A DNA stretch of 64,000 bases from Phycisphaerales bacterium (GCA_965216865.1 OZ244206.1:967745-1031744), one strand, 5' to 3'; shown: positions 43,502 through 53,338, numbered from the stretch's first letter. Notes: generated from the letters alone by a model not told the origin. A program made the numbers and translations.

Positions 43502-43981
43502 TCAGAAGATCCCCAGGAACTTCTTGCGTGTTGGTATACATTGATGCGGAATACCGTACGGTGATGGAGTATTCGGCTGATCGATCATGTCATAGACACG
43601 GAGCGATTCGAGACTCGGCTTCCATTTCTCGACAAACTCGATGTGCTTGGGGTGCGCAACATAGGCTGCAAGATCTTGCTCTGACTCAAACCCGAGATAC
43701 ACGGCAAGGTCATAGTCATTGAGCACGGTCTCTCGGCCGGTATCGAGATGCGGTCCGCACGCATATGTGGACACGCTGGGGATATTGCCCAGCATGAAGT
43801 CACTGTCATATTGAAGGAGCTGGATTCGTGATGGATCCTTGAGTTTGACAAAGACGATGTGACCGATCTTGGCGGGGCGAGGCGCCGTACGGACGACATT
43901 TGGTCGATCCGAAAACTTCGCGCCCCAGCAACCCGACATGCACAGCGAGAGAGCGATCAGCATGATGATTTTGATATTCAT
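43502..43981 (-). CDS. Dabb (stress-responsive alpha/beta barrel) domain lipoprotein
   Basis: A lipobox (LCMSGC) is present, along with IGHIVFVKLKD...AYVAHPKHIEFVEKW. Confidence 0.7.
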   Translation of the reverse strand: MNIKIIMLIALSLCMSGCWGAKFSDRPNVVRTAPRPAKIGHIVFVKLKDPSRIQLLQYDSDFMLGNIPSVSTYACGPHLDTGRETVLNDYDLAVYLGFESEQDLAAYVAHPKHIEFVEKWKPSLESLRVYDMIDQPNTPSPYGIPHQCIPTRKKFLGIF

Positions 43982-44041
43982 TTTGTGATCGTATCACATT
44001 TTGTGTCAGCACTTTGTACCGAACTCGGTCATACTGGTGCC

Positions 44042-44368
44042 ATGAATACACACAACTCCCACGATGATCGTTATTCCCAACTCTCCAAGTCCAATGCCCG
44101 CTGGCGGTTGCTTGCGGTTTCCTCCATCACGCTGATGGTGGGCGTCGCGATCGGCGGGATGGGCAGTGCCCAGCCCGCGGATACCAAAGACCCCAAAGCG
44201 GTCATCGACCGGGTTGGCTTGTCGGATCGGATTATTCGGTTTCATGCCGACGGCTCGATGACCTATCTCAAGGTCCCGCAGGGAGATCGCACCGTCGATG
44301 GGTACTACGACTGGGGCACGATCAAGATCGACACACGGTATACAAGCCGGACGCTTCCGCAGCCGTGA
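44042..44368 (+). CDS. hypothetical membrane-anchored protein
   Basis: The 108-aa ORF has one TM helix (WRLLAVSSITLMVGVAIGGMG). I recognise no family. Confidence 0.45.
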   Translation: MNTHNSHDDRYSQLSKSNARWRLLAVSSITLMVGVAIGGMGSAQPADTKDPKAVIDRVGLSDRIIRFHADGSMTYLKVPQGDRTVDGYYDWGTIKIDTRYTSRTLPQP

Positions 44369-45019
44369 TTAGATCTCTGCACGAATATCAATGACCCGCG
44401 CACCGAGTGATTCGGTGAGGGCGGGTGCTTGCACTGGATCGATGATCAGGTGGCGAACCGAACCGGGATCGATCGCGAGGTGATCGATTCGTGACCCTCG
44501 GAGATCGAGCGTGGTGATGCGTGCACCGAGCAGCCGCAGCCCGCGTGCTTCGCACCCTCGGATGGTGACACAATCAAGCTTTGAGCCCGACAGATCGAGC
44601 CCGTCGAGATTGCACGACTCGAACCACACGCGATCGAGCGTAGATTCATGCATGAATCCGTCGGGCATCTTGCATTCGTGGAACCGAACATCGCGGAGGG
44701 TCGCGCCACGGGTGTCGAGCCCAACGCATTTGCAGGATTCGATGACGCAACGGATCAGGCGAGCGTCGACACAGGTCGCGCCGGAGCAATCCGCGCCGAC
44801 GAACCGAGAATCGATCACCCGTAGACCTGGCAGCGTCGCATCCTTCATCGCCGCGCCAGTAATCCGACTCATCGATACTGATGCGTTCCGGACTGTGCCG
44901 ATCGGCTCGACCAACTCGACATGCTCGAGCACCGTACGATCCACATACACCCGCCCAGACACAGACTCGAGGGTCGCATTCGGATCAAGGTCGGGGGGCT
45001 CTGGTACTCGGTTTGACAT
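44369..45019 (-). CDS. pentapeptide repeat protein
   Basis: Tandem A(D/N)LxG-like pentads run throughout, e.g. CNLDGLDLSGSKLDCVTIRGCEARGLRLLGARITTLDLRGSRIDH. Confidence 0.8.
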   Translation of the reverse strand: MSNRVPEPPDLDPNATLESVSGRVYVDRTVLEHVELVEPIGTVRNASVSMSRITGAAMKDATLPGLRVIDSRFVGADCSGATCVDARLIRCVIESCKCVGLDTRGATLRDVRFHECKMPDGFMHESTLDRVWFESCNLDGLDLSGSKLDCVTIRGCEARGLRLLGARITTLDLRGSRIDHLAIDPGSVRHLIIDPVQAPALTESLGARVIDIRAEI

Positions 45020-45022
45020 CGA

Positions 45023-46324
45023 TCAGTGCTGCAGCGGGAAGCGTTCGCAGAGCGATTTCACTTCCTCGCGCACCGTGTTAAGAACGCCCTCGTCGCCCTT
45101 GGACTCGATCACGCGGTTGAACCAGTCGGCGATCTGAGTCATCTCGGACTCCTTGAAGCCGCGGGTCGTGGTGGCGGGCGTGCCCAGACGGATACCCGAG
45201 GTGATCATCGGCGGGCGTGGGTCGTCGGGGATGCCGTTCTTGTTGGTGATGAGCCCTGCCTGCTCCAGCCACTTCTCGGCGTCCTTGCCCGTGAGTTCGC
45301 TGTCCTTGACGGTCAGGTCCACGAGCATGAGGTGGTTGTCGGTGCCGCCGGAGGTGATACGGAAGCCGTGCCCGGTGAGGGCGTTGGCCAGCGCCTGGGC
45401 GTTCTTGACGACCTGCTTCTGGTAGCTCTTGAACTCGGGCTTGAGGGCCTCGCCGAAGGCGACGGCCTTGGCGGTGATGATGTGCATCAGCGGCCCGCCC
45501 TGCACGCCCGGGAAGACATTGCGGTTGATGAGCTTGTTGAGGTCCTCATCGTTGGTCATGATGAGCCCGCCGCGGGGGCCACGCAGCGACTTGTGGGTCG
45601 TTGTCGTGACAACATGGGCGTGCGGGAAGGGCGAGGGATGCTCACCCGCGGCGACCAGACCGGCGATGTGGGCGATGTCCGCCATCAGGTACGCGCCGAC
45701 CTCGTCGGCGATCTCGCGGAACTTAGCGAAGTCGATGACGCGTGGGTAGGCGCTATAGCCGCAGAGGATCGCCTTGGGCTTGTGCTCTTGGGCGGCCTTG
45801 CGGACGGATTCGTAGTCGATCTGCTCGTGCTGCGAGTGGCTCTTGTCGTAGTGCAGGGCGTAGTGGACGGGGTTGTAGAAGATCCCGGAGAAGTTCAGGT
45901 GCATGCCGTGGGAAAGGTGCCCGCCGTCCTTGAGGACCAGCGAGAGGAAGGTGTCGCCCGGTTTCATGAGGGCCATGAAGGCGGCGGTGTTGGCTTGTGC
46001 GCCCGAGTGGGGCTGGACATTGGCGAACTTGCAGCCGAAAAGTTCCTTGGCCCGATCGCGAGCGAGCTGCTCGACCTGATCGTGGTGGGCGCACCCGCCG
46101 TAGTAGCGACGCCCGGGGTATCCCTCGGCGTACTTGTTGGTCATGCAGGTCCCCGCGGCGATGGTGACGGCGGGGCTGGCGTGGTTCTCGCTGGCGATCA
46201 GCTCGATGGTCGTCTCCTGGCGCTGGGCCTCAGCGCGGACGATGTCGGCGACCTGCGGGTCGGACGCGGCAATGGTGTCGAGGATGGCCTGATCGATCGA
46301 GTGGGTGGTGGTGGTCATGGGCAA
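45023..46324 (-). CDS. glyA: serine hydroxymethyltransferase
   Basis: ELIASENH and [16 protein letters not shown] (the PLP lysine context) are present. Confidence 0.96.
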   Translation of the reverse strand: MPMTTTTHSIDQAILDTIAASDPQVADIVRAEAQRQETTIELIASENHASPAVTIAAGTCMTNKYAEGYPGRRYYGGCAHHDQVEQLARDRAKELFGCKFANVQPHSGAQANTAAFMALMKPGDTFLSLVLKDGGHLSHGMHLNFSGIFYNPVHYALHYDKSHSQHEQIDYESVRKAAQEHKPKAILCGYSAYPRVIDFAKFREIADEVGAYLMADIAHIAGLVAAGEHPSPFPHAHVVTTTTHKSLRGPRGGLIMTNDEDLNKLINRNVFPGVQGGPLMHIITAKAVAFGEALKPEFKSYQKQVVKNAQALANALTGHGFRITSGGTDNHLMLVDLTVKDSELTGKDAEKWLEQAGLITNKNGIPDDPRPPMITSGIRLGTPATTTRGFKESEMTQIADWFNRVIESKGDEGVLNTVREEVKSLCERFPLQH

Positions 46325-46348
46325 TGGTAGACGCTGGATAATGGGTGT

Positions 46349-47341
46349 TCAGTACTCCGATAGATACATGAAAACGGTATATCCGGCGAGCAGTGAAGCC
46401 ACCAAGCCCAATATCGGGAGCATGAACGAGCGGATCCGCCACCCCCGGACGACCGCGGCGATCCAGAACCACTGGATCCAGATCAATGTGGCCACAAAGA
46501 GCACGGTCACGACCCAGCGGGCATAGAAATCTGCCTGAACGAACCGTGTCTGCGCAGTTGTAAAAGTGTTGCCCCATGAGCCGGAGACCGCGAGCCCGGC
46601 ATACCGCAAAAACACCGTGATCGCCCCTGTGAGAATGGTGAGCATAAACACGATGATGACGACGAGGAGCGAGAGTGTGACCGCCCGATGGACATGGGCC
46701 ATGCGGAGCTTGGCTCGTCGTCGTGTGATCGGGATGACAACGAGAACGACTGTCCAAAGCAGGATCATCCCCGCCAAGACCAGCGCAACTTGACTGGCCG
46801 TATCGTCGCCTGACACAAACAACTTCCATGGCATCAGCACTTGATCGATTCCGAGATCTGTCCAGTACGACCGCTTGGACATGTCGGTCTGGTACTGCGC
46901 GGCGGCGGCCGACGAAATCAACCCCTGCGAGACCGCATCGGTTGCGAGTTGGTTCCATCTGAAAGTGATGTACGCGTTGAGGGTGATTGAGAGAATCGAC
47001 GCGAAGCAATACAACGCGAATACACCGATGCCGACCCACGCCCACAACCGTTTCGGATAGACCGGACTCTGTACACTCAGTTTCTTCCAGAATCGATTCG
47101 GAATTACCAGGTTCCAGAGCGTCGAAGGGATACGGCGTGCTGCGGCGAGCTTTTTGCTCGTGTGCTCGAAGTACCACGAAAGAAACACCCGGCTCGGATC
47201 GAACACATCCGCCCAGTCGAACGAAAGCCCACATTCAGGGCAGGTGCCTTGCACAGGACACTGCGATTCCCATGTCGCGATCTCGCCCGACTGGTCGTAG
47301 CCGCACTTGGGGCAGATGGGTTGGTGGGCGTTGTGGTTCAT
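46349..47341 (-). CDS. zinc-ribbon plus polytopic membrane protein, paralogue 2
   Basis: The N-terminus is MNHNAHQPICPKCGYDQSGEIATWESQCPVQGTCPECGLSFDW, followed by 6-7 TM helices. Its ATG overlaps the stop of the upstream paralogue (ATGA at 47338-47341). Confidence 0.7.
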   Translation of the reverse strand: MNHNAHQPICPKCGYDQSGEIATWESQCPVQGTCPECGLSFDWADVFDPSRVFLSWYFEHTSKKLAAARRIPSTLWNLVIPNRFWKKLSVQSPVYPKRLWAWVGIGVFALYCFASILSITLNAYITFRWNQLATDAVSQGLISSAAAAQYQTDMSKRSYWTDLGIDQVLMPWKLFVSGDDTASQVALVLAGMILLWTVVLVVIPITRRRAKLRMAHVHRAVTLSLLVVIIVFMLTILTGAITVFLRYAGLAVSGSWGNTFTTAQTRFVQADFYARWVVTVLFVATLIWIQWFWIAAVVRGWRIRSFMLPILGLVASLLAGYTVFMYLSEY

Positions 47342-48315
47342 GATGTGGTGATGATGAAGACATATACGCTCAGGGTGGTGCCGCCGAGGATGGAGGCGAT
47401 GGTGCCCAGCGCGATGAGTAATCGTGACGGGCGGATGAGCCAACCGATATGCACGGCACATCCCCAGAATACAAGCAACCAGACCCAACAGAACAACGCC
47501 GGCAACCCATCGAGCACGGGGAAGATCGATCGGGAGATCCAGTAGAGCTCGTACATGGTGCGGATCAGGTGGGTGAGCTCGTAACTCATCGCGATCATGA
47601 AGATCGAAAGGATGATCGCACGCATGACATGGCGTGTGCGAAGCTTGGCGAGTCTGCGGGTTTGCGGGATCGCGAGCAGCACGATCGACCAGAGCAGGAG
47701 CATCCCCGTGCTCACGAGGTGCGGGGAGTACAAACGGGTGGTTTTGGGGAACCAACGAAATCGAGTATCGAGCGTCCACTTGTGCGAAGACGGACGGGGA
47801 AGCGCATCGAAGTAGGGGTAGAAGTATCCGTCGAAGAGTGCTTCGGCGTATGCGTAGTTGCCGTGCATCTGCACATGCTGTGGGAAGTTGAAGCCCCGCC
47901 AGTTCGATTGGATCCACGCGTTGTATCCGTTGGGTATCCCGACGAGCGTGTGGACGATGAACACCATGAGGATCAGCCAGAGGATGAGTCGGACGATCGA
48001 GACGGGTTTGGCGGGGTCGAGTTGATTCCAGAATCGATGCGGCAGGATCAAGTGGAACGGGGTGCACATTGAGCGCAAGATGAACCGGCGCACACCCTTC
48101 GCGTGCTCGACATACCACGGGACCTGCCCGAGTTCTGGGCGCATAACACTTGACCAGTTGAACTCGAGCCCACACTCGGTGCAGATCCCACGAATGGGGC
48201 ATTGGGTGTCCCAGGTCGCGATCTCCCCCGTTTGGTCGTAGCCGCACTTTGGGCAGATGGGTCGATCGCGTACCAGCATGGACTCTGATACGCGCACACA
48301 ATCAATATGTTGCAT
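47338..48315 (-). CDS. zinc-ribbon plus polytopic membrane protein, paralogue 1
   Basis: PICPKCGYDQTGEIATWDTQCPIRGICTECGLEFNW is followed by TM helices. It shares the motif IPQTRRLAKLRTRHVMRA with paralogue 2. The start could instead be MLVRDRP at 48279. Confidence 0.7.
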   Translation of the reverse strand: MQHIDCVRVSESMLVRDRPICPKCGYDQTGEIATWDTQCPIRGICTECGLEFNWSSVMRPELGQVPWYVEHAKGVRRFILRSMCTPFHLILPHRFWNQLDPAKPVSIVRLILWLILMVFIVHTLVGIPNGYNAWIQSNWRGFNFPQHVQMHGNYAYAEALFDGYFYPYFDALPRPSSHKWTLDTRFRWFPKTTRLYSPHLVSTGMLLLWSIVLLAIPQTRRLAKLRTRHVMRAIILSIFMIAMSYELTHLIRTMYELYWISRSIFPVLDGLPALFCWVWLLVFWGCAVHIGWLIRPSRLLIALGTIASILGGTTLSVYVFIITTS

Positions 48316-48399
48316 CGATTCTGATTCTCTTTGTGCGCGGTTGTGTTTATGTTACTCTTTTGTCTCGATCGAACCAAAAAACATTTGAGAGGGATCACC

Positions 48400-50010
48400 A
48401 TGAACACAACCACGAACGCACTGATCACCCTTTTGTTGAGCATCGGGCACGCGCTTGCGACACCGATTACCTATCAGGGCACGCTTGAGGACAACGGCGT
48501 TCCGGCCAACGGGATGTATGACATGCGGTTTACCCTGAGCGACGCGCCCGTGCTGGGGTTCGCGTTGCAGTTCATGGACATCGCTGATGTCGAGGTTGTT
48601 GACGGGCTCTTTGAGGTCGAAGTCGATTTTAGTGACAGTCACTTCAATGGATCGGACCGGTGGCTCGCGGTGCGTGTCGAAGGCACGAACCTGAACCCAC
48701 GCACGAAGATCAACTATGCGCCGTACGCGATCCGCGCGACCAATGCGCAGCAGGCGAACCTTGCTTTCGATCTCAGTGCGCCGTGGGTGAGCGTGGACAC
48801 CGGCGTGATTATCAGCGCGACATCAACCGGCGCTGTCCCGATCACGGGTCGATCGAGCAATACCGCCGGCACCAACGCGGGTGTGTACGGGCGGACCGAT
48901 TCGGGCTCAGCGAATGCGACCGGCGTGTTCGGCGAAGTTACCGATACGACGCCCGGCGGTTTTTCAGCCGGCGTACGCGGCTTGAACAACGGCGAAACGG
49001 GCCTGGGCGTTGGCGTGTTCGGGGCACAAAACGGGAGTGGGTACGGGGTGTACGGGTTCACCCCCAGCGGTACCGGCGTGTACGCGAGTTCGAGCGAGGG
49101 GACCGGCCTCTTCGCCATCACGGGGAATGGGGATCACGCTGGGCGTTTCGTTCATAATGCCGATGACTCCGAGGTAACGCTCGCGACAAGCTTGTACGCC
49201 GTTGATGCCCGCAACGACCAGAACGACGGCGAGGGAACCGCGATCTACGCCAGCGGCGGACGCACCGGAATCTACGGCGAATCCACAAACAGCGGGTTCG
49301 GACCGAGCCTCACACGCACCGGCGTGCAAGGCTTCGCGGGCGCTTTCAGCACCGGAGCGGATACCTTCTACGGTGTACACGGCTTCGCACAGAACCCGGC
49401 ATCGGGTGGCTCACGCACGGCGTACGGCGTGTACGGCGGCGCGCAGGTCGGGAACTCATCCAACACGGCGTACGGCGTATACGGCGAAGTCTTTGGGCCC
49501 GGGGGTACGCAGTACGCGGGCTACTTCGCGGGGAATGTCCATGTGCTCGGCACGCTCTCCAAATCCTCGGGTTCATTCAAGATCGATCATCCGCTCGACC
49601 CGGAGAACAAGTATCTCTCCCATTCCTTCGTCGAATCGCCTGACATGATGAATATCTACAGCGGGGTCACCACGCTCGACGCGGAGGGGCACGCGATCGT
49701 GGAGATGCCGGACTACTTCGAGGCGCTCAATCGAGATTTCCGCTACCAGCTTACCGCGATGGGCGCACCGATGCCCAACCTCTACATCGCGTCGGAGATC
49801 TCTGCGAACCAGTTCGCGATCGCGGGTGGGGTCCCCAACGCACGCGTGTCGTGGGAGATCACCGGCGTACGCCAGGACCCCAGCGCGCTGGCGCACCCGA
49901 TCATCGTCGAAGAACCCAAGCCCGAGCATCACAAGGGTAAGTTCCTCGACCCCGAGGCCTACGGGTTCGATGACGATCGTGCGATCCATCCTCGCCCGAA
50001 GCAGAACTGA
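48400..50010 (+). CDS. secreted glycine-rich repeat protein with a conserved C-terminal domain (tail-fibre-like)
   Basis: A signal peptide (MNTTTNALITLLLSIGHALA) is followed by reiterated G[VL][YF]G units. The C-terminus reads SGSFKIDHPLDPENKYLSHSFVESPDMMNIYSG...DFRYQLT. Confidence 0.7.
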   Translation: MNTTTNALITLLLSIGHALATPITYQGTLEDNGVPANGMYDMRFTLSDAPVLGFALQFMDIADVEVVDGLFEVEVDFSDSHFNGSDRWLAVRVEGTNLNPRTKINYAPYAIRATNAQQANLAFDLSAPWVSVDTGVIISATSTGAVPITGRSSNTAGTNAGVYGRTDSGSANATGVFGEVTDTTPGGFSAGVRGLNNGETGLGVGVFGAQNGSGYGVYGFTPSGTGVYASSSEGTGLFAITGNGDHAGRFVHNADDSEVTLATSLYAVDARNDQNDGEGTAIYASGGRTGIYGESTNSGFGPSLTRTGVQGFAGAFSTGADTFYGVHGFAQNPASGGSRTAYGVYGGAQVGNSSNTAYGVYGEVFGPGGTQYAGYFAGNVHVLGTLSKSSGSFKIDHPLDPENKYLSHSFVESPDMMNIYSGVTTLDAEGHAIVEMPDYFEALNRDFRYQLTAMGAPMPNLYIASEISANQFAIAGGVPNARVSWEITGVRQDPSALAHPIIVEEPKPEHHKGKFLDPEAYGFDDDRAIHPRPKQN

Positions 50011-50022
50011 GTTGTTCGGTGA

Positions 50023-50925
50023 TTACCGGTTCACGCGGACGATCTGTTGTTCGCACTGTTCGATCGTGGGCTCGTGCTCGAGATCGATCGGAAGGTAGAC
50101 CCCGCGATCGTGATCCGTGTTGAGCACGATCGCGTTGGGTTCGACAATCGCGTACCCGTTGTCGGCGTGTTCGTGCCCGAGGATGAACAGATTGACCCCC
50201 CACCGCTCAGTGAGGTCTTCGAGCTGGTCGTGGTCGTAGCCGCGCCCCCAGACCATGAGGTGGGCCGAGCCGACCCGGGGCTCGTAGTCTTTTTCGGTCA
50301 GCTCGCGATCGATGATTGACGCGTCAAACCGTCCCATCGAAGCCGGGCCGGGCAACGAGTGGGCACACAGGATATCGCCCTGCGGGCATCTGCATCGCAG
50401 CGCGATAGGCATCGCGAAAACGAAGTCGCGGATGGCTTCGAAGACGATGTCGGATTTGTCGCCAAAGACGGACTCGACACCCGCATCGAAGGCCTTCACG
50501 CACGGGACGCCGCTCTTCATGATCCCGGAGCCAATCGCCTGCGCGAGTTCGTGGTTCGCGAGCAGGATGTGCACCAGTTCGGGGTGCAGAGACTTGAGCG
50601 CCGCGACACGGGTGAGCCCGCGATAGCTCGTGTCGAGTGGGAGCCCGGGCTGCTCGGGCAGCTCGCCGTGGATGATCTCGTGGAGCGTGAGGTGCTTTTC
50701 CTCGGCACCGAACTCCCCATCGAGGCCCGCGGCGCTGAGGACGGCTTTGAAGTTTTTGGGATGATCGTGCGTGTCGCCCGTGGCGATCAGCTGCCCGGGA
50801 GATTCGATGTAATCGATCGAACCGCGTCGGCACGATGCTTCACGCATGGCCTTGGCACCCGCTCGGAGGGTGTCGACGACTTCATCGAGATCGTTGAGAT
50901 CGAGGGTCCACATGACACAGTGCAT
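50023..50925 (-). CDS. metallophosphoesterase (PPP/ApaH-like phosphatase)
   Basis: The motifs GDTHDH, LLANHELA (a GNHE variant) and ILGHEH are present. Confidence 0.75.
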   Translation of the reverse strand: MHCVMWTLDLNDLDEVVDTLRAGAKAMREASCRRGSIDYIESPGQLIATGDTHDHPKNFKAVLSAAGLDGEFGAEEKHLTLHEIIHGELPEQPGLPLDTSYRGLTRVAALKSLHPELVHILLANHELAQAIGSGIMKSGVPCVKAFDAGVESVFGDKSDIVFEAIRDFVFAMPIALRCRCPQGDILCAHSLPGPASMGRFDASIIDRELTEKDYEPRVGSAHLMVWGRGYDHDQLEDLTERWGVNLFILGHEHADNGYAIVEPNAIVLNTDHDRGVYLPIDLEHEPTIEQCEQQIVRVNR

Positions 50926-50976
50926 ATCGGCCCGATGGGGCGGGCGGGGTCAGATCTGGGTTTCAGAAATGGGGAA

Positions 50977-51867
50977 TCAGTCCGCCTGCGTCATTGATTC
51001 CGCACGCAGCACGCCGAGAATCATGTCGAGCTTGTCGGCGACGAAATGCATTGATTCGGGGCGTCGATCGATATCGACCTCGACACACTCCATGATGATG
51101 TCGTTGAGCCGGTCCGGGACGAGCGGGTTGATTTCTGAGACGGGCGTCGCCTTCTCGATGAGCGAATCGTCCAAGGAACCCATAAGCGAGTCCTTCTGGT
51201 GCCCCATCGCCGTCGGGATGTTCTTGCCGGTCAGGACCCAATACATGGTCGCGCCGAAGTTGTAAATATCGGTTTTGGGCGTGATCTCACGCCGGTGGAC
51301 CTGCTCGGGTGCGATGTAATCCGGGGTGCCCTGAATGCGCTTTTTGATCGTACCGATTTTGCAGGACTGCCCGAGATCGATCAGCTTGGCCGTGTGATTC
51401 CCGTCGAGATCGACACCCACAATGACATTGTGCGGCTTCATGTCCGCGTGGACAAACCCACGATCATGCATCTGGGCGAGTGCGTCGGCTGTCTGCTGGA
51501 AGATATCAACGAGGGTCGCGAGATCGTCGGGCTGTTCCTCGTGCAGAGAGATTCCGTCCACGAGTTCCATGACGAGATAGAGCTCGTTGGTCTTGAGCAG
51601 CGACCCCTTCTTGATGATGCGAGGGATTTTGCGGATGGAATCGTGATCGAGCTGAGACGCGATTTTATATTCCGTCTCCGTTTGATCGAGGAAGCGCTGT
51701 TCCTTTGGATTGTTCTTGATCACATGCTTGAGCGCCCAGATCTGCTTGGTCTTCGGATCCTGCACAAGATAGATCACAGACGCAGCTCCGCGTCCGATCT
51801 CAGAGATCACCCGATACCCCTCTACGGTATCGCCCTTCTTCCAGACTGCTACAGGATCTGTCGTCAT
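50977..51867 (-). CDS. Ser/Thr protein kinase, kinase domain only
   Basis: IGRGAASVIY, ALKHV, HADMKPHNVIV, DLGQS and GTPDYIAPEQ are present. The start is set at MTTDPVAV. Confidence 0.88.
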   Translation of the reverse strand: MTTDPVAVWKKGDTVEGYRVISEIGRGAASVIYLVQDPKTKQIWALKHVIKNNPKEQRFLDQTETEYKIASQLDHDSIRKIPRIIKKGSLLKTNELYLVMELVDGISLHEEQPDDLATLVDIFQQTADALAQMHDRGFVHADMKPHNVIVGVDLDGNHTAKLIDLGQSCKIGTIKKRIQGTPDYIAPEQVHRREITPKTDIYNFGATMYWVLTGKNIPTAMGHQKDSLMGSLDDSLIEKATPVSEINPLVPDRLNDIIMECVEVDIDRRPESMHFVADKLDMILGVLRAESMTQAD

Positions 51868-52248
51868 GCTTGCAATGCTCTCGCGTTCCCCGGTTCTAAC
51901 CTTACGACAAGGTCCATCGGAAGGCACCATGCGTGGGGCAGGGTGAGATGACACCCTCAGGTGTCGTTATTCGGCTTAATCCCCGCCCGATTCCAGCCCG
52001 AAGGACCAGAAACGCGGTTATCGGCAATGATGGTATCCACCCTGCGCACGCCTGCCGAGTGTGCGCTCACAGAGTCTTTATGTTTTCGAGAGTCCGGGGA
52101 CGAGCCCCAGCAACTCGATAACACCAGGCGACCCGGCGAGAGTTGGGACGCCAGACGAGTGCTGGGCACCCAATCATACGCACAGCACGCGCACACGGAT
52201 GCGTTCAACAGACGCAGCAAGCGGATTCGTAGACTGGAATAGGGAAAA

Positions 52249-52896
52249 TCAATCCATCGAGGCGAGCAGATCGTCGAACTGCGCCCGCGGGAAGAACTGC
52301 CCGGGCGACGAGGTGCCCGCGAGATCCTTGTGCAAATGGATCGAACCGGCCCCGATCCCCAGTTCATCGCTCAGCGAGTCAACGAGCTGGGCGAGCCGGT
52401 AGAGCTGCTCTTCGGAGAAGGGACGACGATCGCCGTCGCCGACAAGGCAGATCTCGATGGCATTGCTCGAGTTAAACCCTGAGTTGATCCCGGAGAGGTC
52501 TGCGCCGGCCTGCTGATCGAGCCAGCGGTAGCCAACATGGATCTCGCCATCACCCATTCGCTTGCCATTCCCGATCACGAAGTGGAAACCCAACCCGTCG
52601 TAGCCGAGGGACTTGTGTTCCTGAGCGATATCCGCAGGCGAACCAGCTGGCTGCCCTGAATGGACGATCACGATTGAATCCCAGCGGGATTCTTCGATCG
52701 GATTGGAGGTCTGGAAGATCGACTCCATCCCTACGGTCCGCTCGATCCCCATGAGCGGCGTCAACGAACGCCCGCCCGTGCGGGTCGCGTTGCCCGAATC
52801 AAGCGCCGAGAGCACACCGATTCCGAGTGTCATACCGATGCCGAGCACACCCCAAACAACTTTGGTGCGCATCGCTCGTGCTGGCCGGGATGACAT
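52249..52896 (-). CDS. membrane-anchored N-acetylmuramoyl-L-alanine amidase (Amidase_2/PGRP-like)
   Basis: A TM anchor is followed by IVIVHSG, GYDGLGFHFVIGNG and AIEICLVGD. The start is either 52896 or 52872. Confidence 0.75.
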   Translation of the reverse strand: MSSRPARAMRTKVVWGVLGIGMTLGIGVLSALDSGNATRTGGRSLTPLMGIERTVGMESIFQTSNPIEESRWDSIVIVHSGQPAGSPADIAQEHKSLGYDGLGFHFVIGNGKRMGDGEIHVGYRWLDQQAGADLSGINSGFNSSNAIEICLVGDGDRRPFSEEQLYRLAQLVDSLSDELGIGAGSIHLHKDLAGTSSPGQFFPRAQFDDLLASMD

Positions 52897-53110
52897 CGAT
52901 TGATGTGCCAATGTTGGTCTCGTGAAAAGCGGGATAAAGAATCGACTCCCTAAGAGTATCAATACCATTCGGAACACGGAGGTGTTTTTCTTGCACATTG
53001 ACGCGCAAATTGTGGAATGCGCAGCGCAATCCAATCCGAGGCGCTCAATCTAACTTGCATATCCCGAACAGATGGAATCACGACGCGCATATCTGCGCGT
53101 GATCGGACGA

Positions 53111-53338
53111 TCACTCATCGCGCACAAGGAGTCGATCTTTCAGATTTGGTGTGCGCCGACCATACTCATCTTCCAGGTACGGCTGTGCTCGCTGCGATCG
53201 AGACTGGTCATACCGATCGAACTGGCTCCGTTGATCATCGGGGCGGAGCGCCGTCTTCTGACACCCGCACACAACAACGCACAGAGCGGTCGTGAGGATC
53301 AGGGCGGGAACTGACTTCTTCGCGTGCATACGGGTCAT
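53111..53338 (-). CDS. small lipoprotein, unknown function
   Basis: The 75-aa ORF has a lipobox (LCVVVCGC) and a charged mature part. Confidence 0.5.
   Translation of the reverse strand: MTRMHAKKSVPALILTTALCVVVCGCQKTALRPDDQRSQFDRYDQSRSQRAQPYLEDEYGRRTPNLKDRLLVRDE

Noticed and set aside
46349-48301. A 650-aa minus-strand ORF spans both zinc-ribbon genes.
   Set aside because: Its N-terminal ~320 aa are an out-of-frame overlap of paralogue 1 (Arg/His/Pro-rich, no motifs). The zinc-ribbon sequence and a good ATG (47341) appear only at its midpoint.
52085-52110. GAGAGTCCGGGGACGAGCCCC resembles the RNase P RNA P4 segment GGAAAGUCCGGGC.
   Set aside because: No matching 3' P4 strand or other conserved RNase P helices occur in the right order. 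The available non-coding space is too short (about 380 nt, partly on the wrong side).
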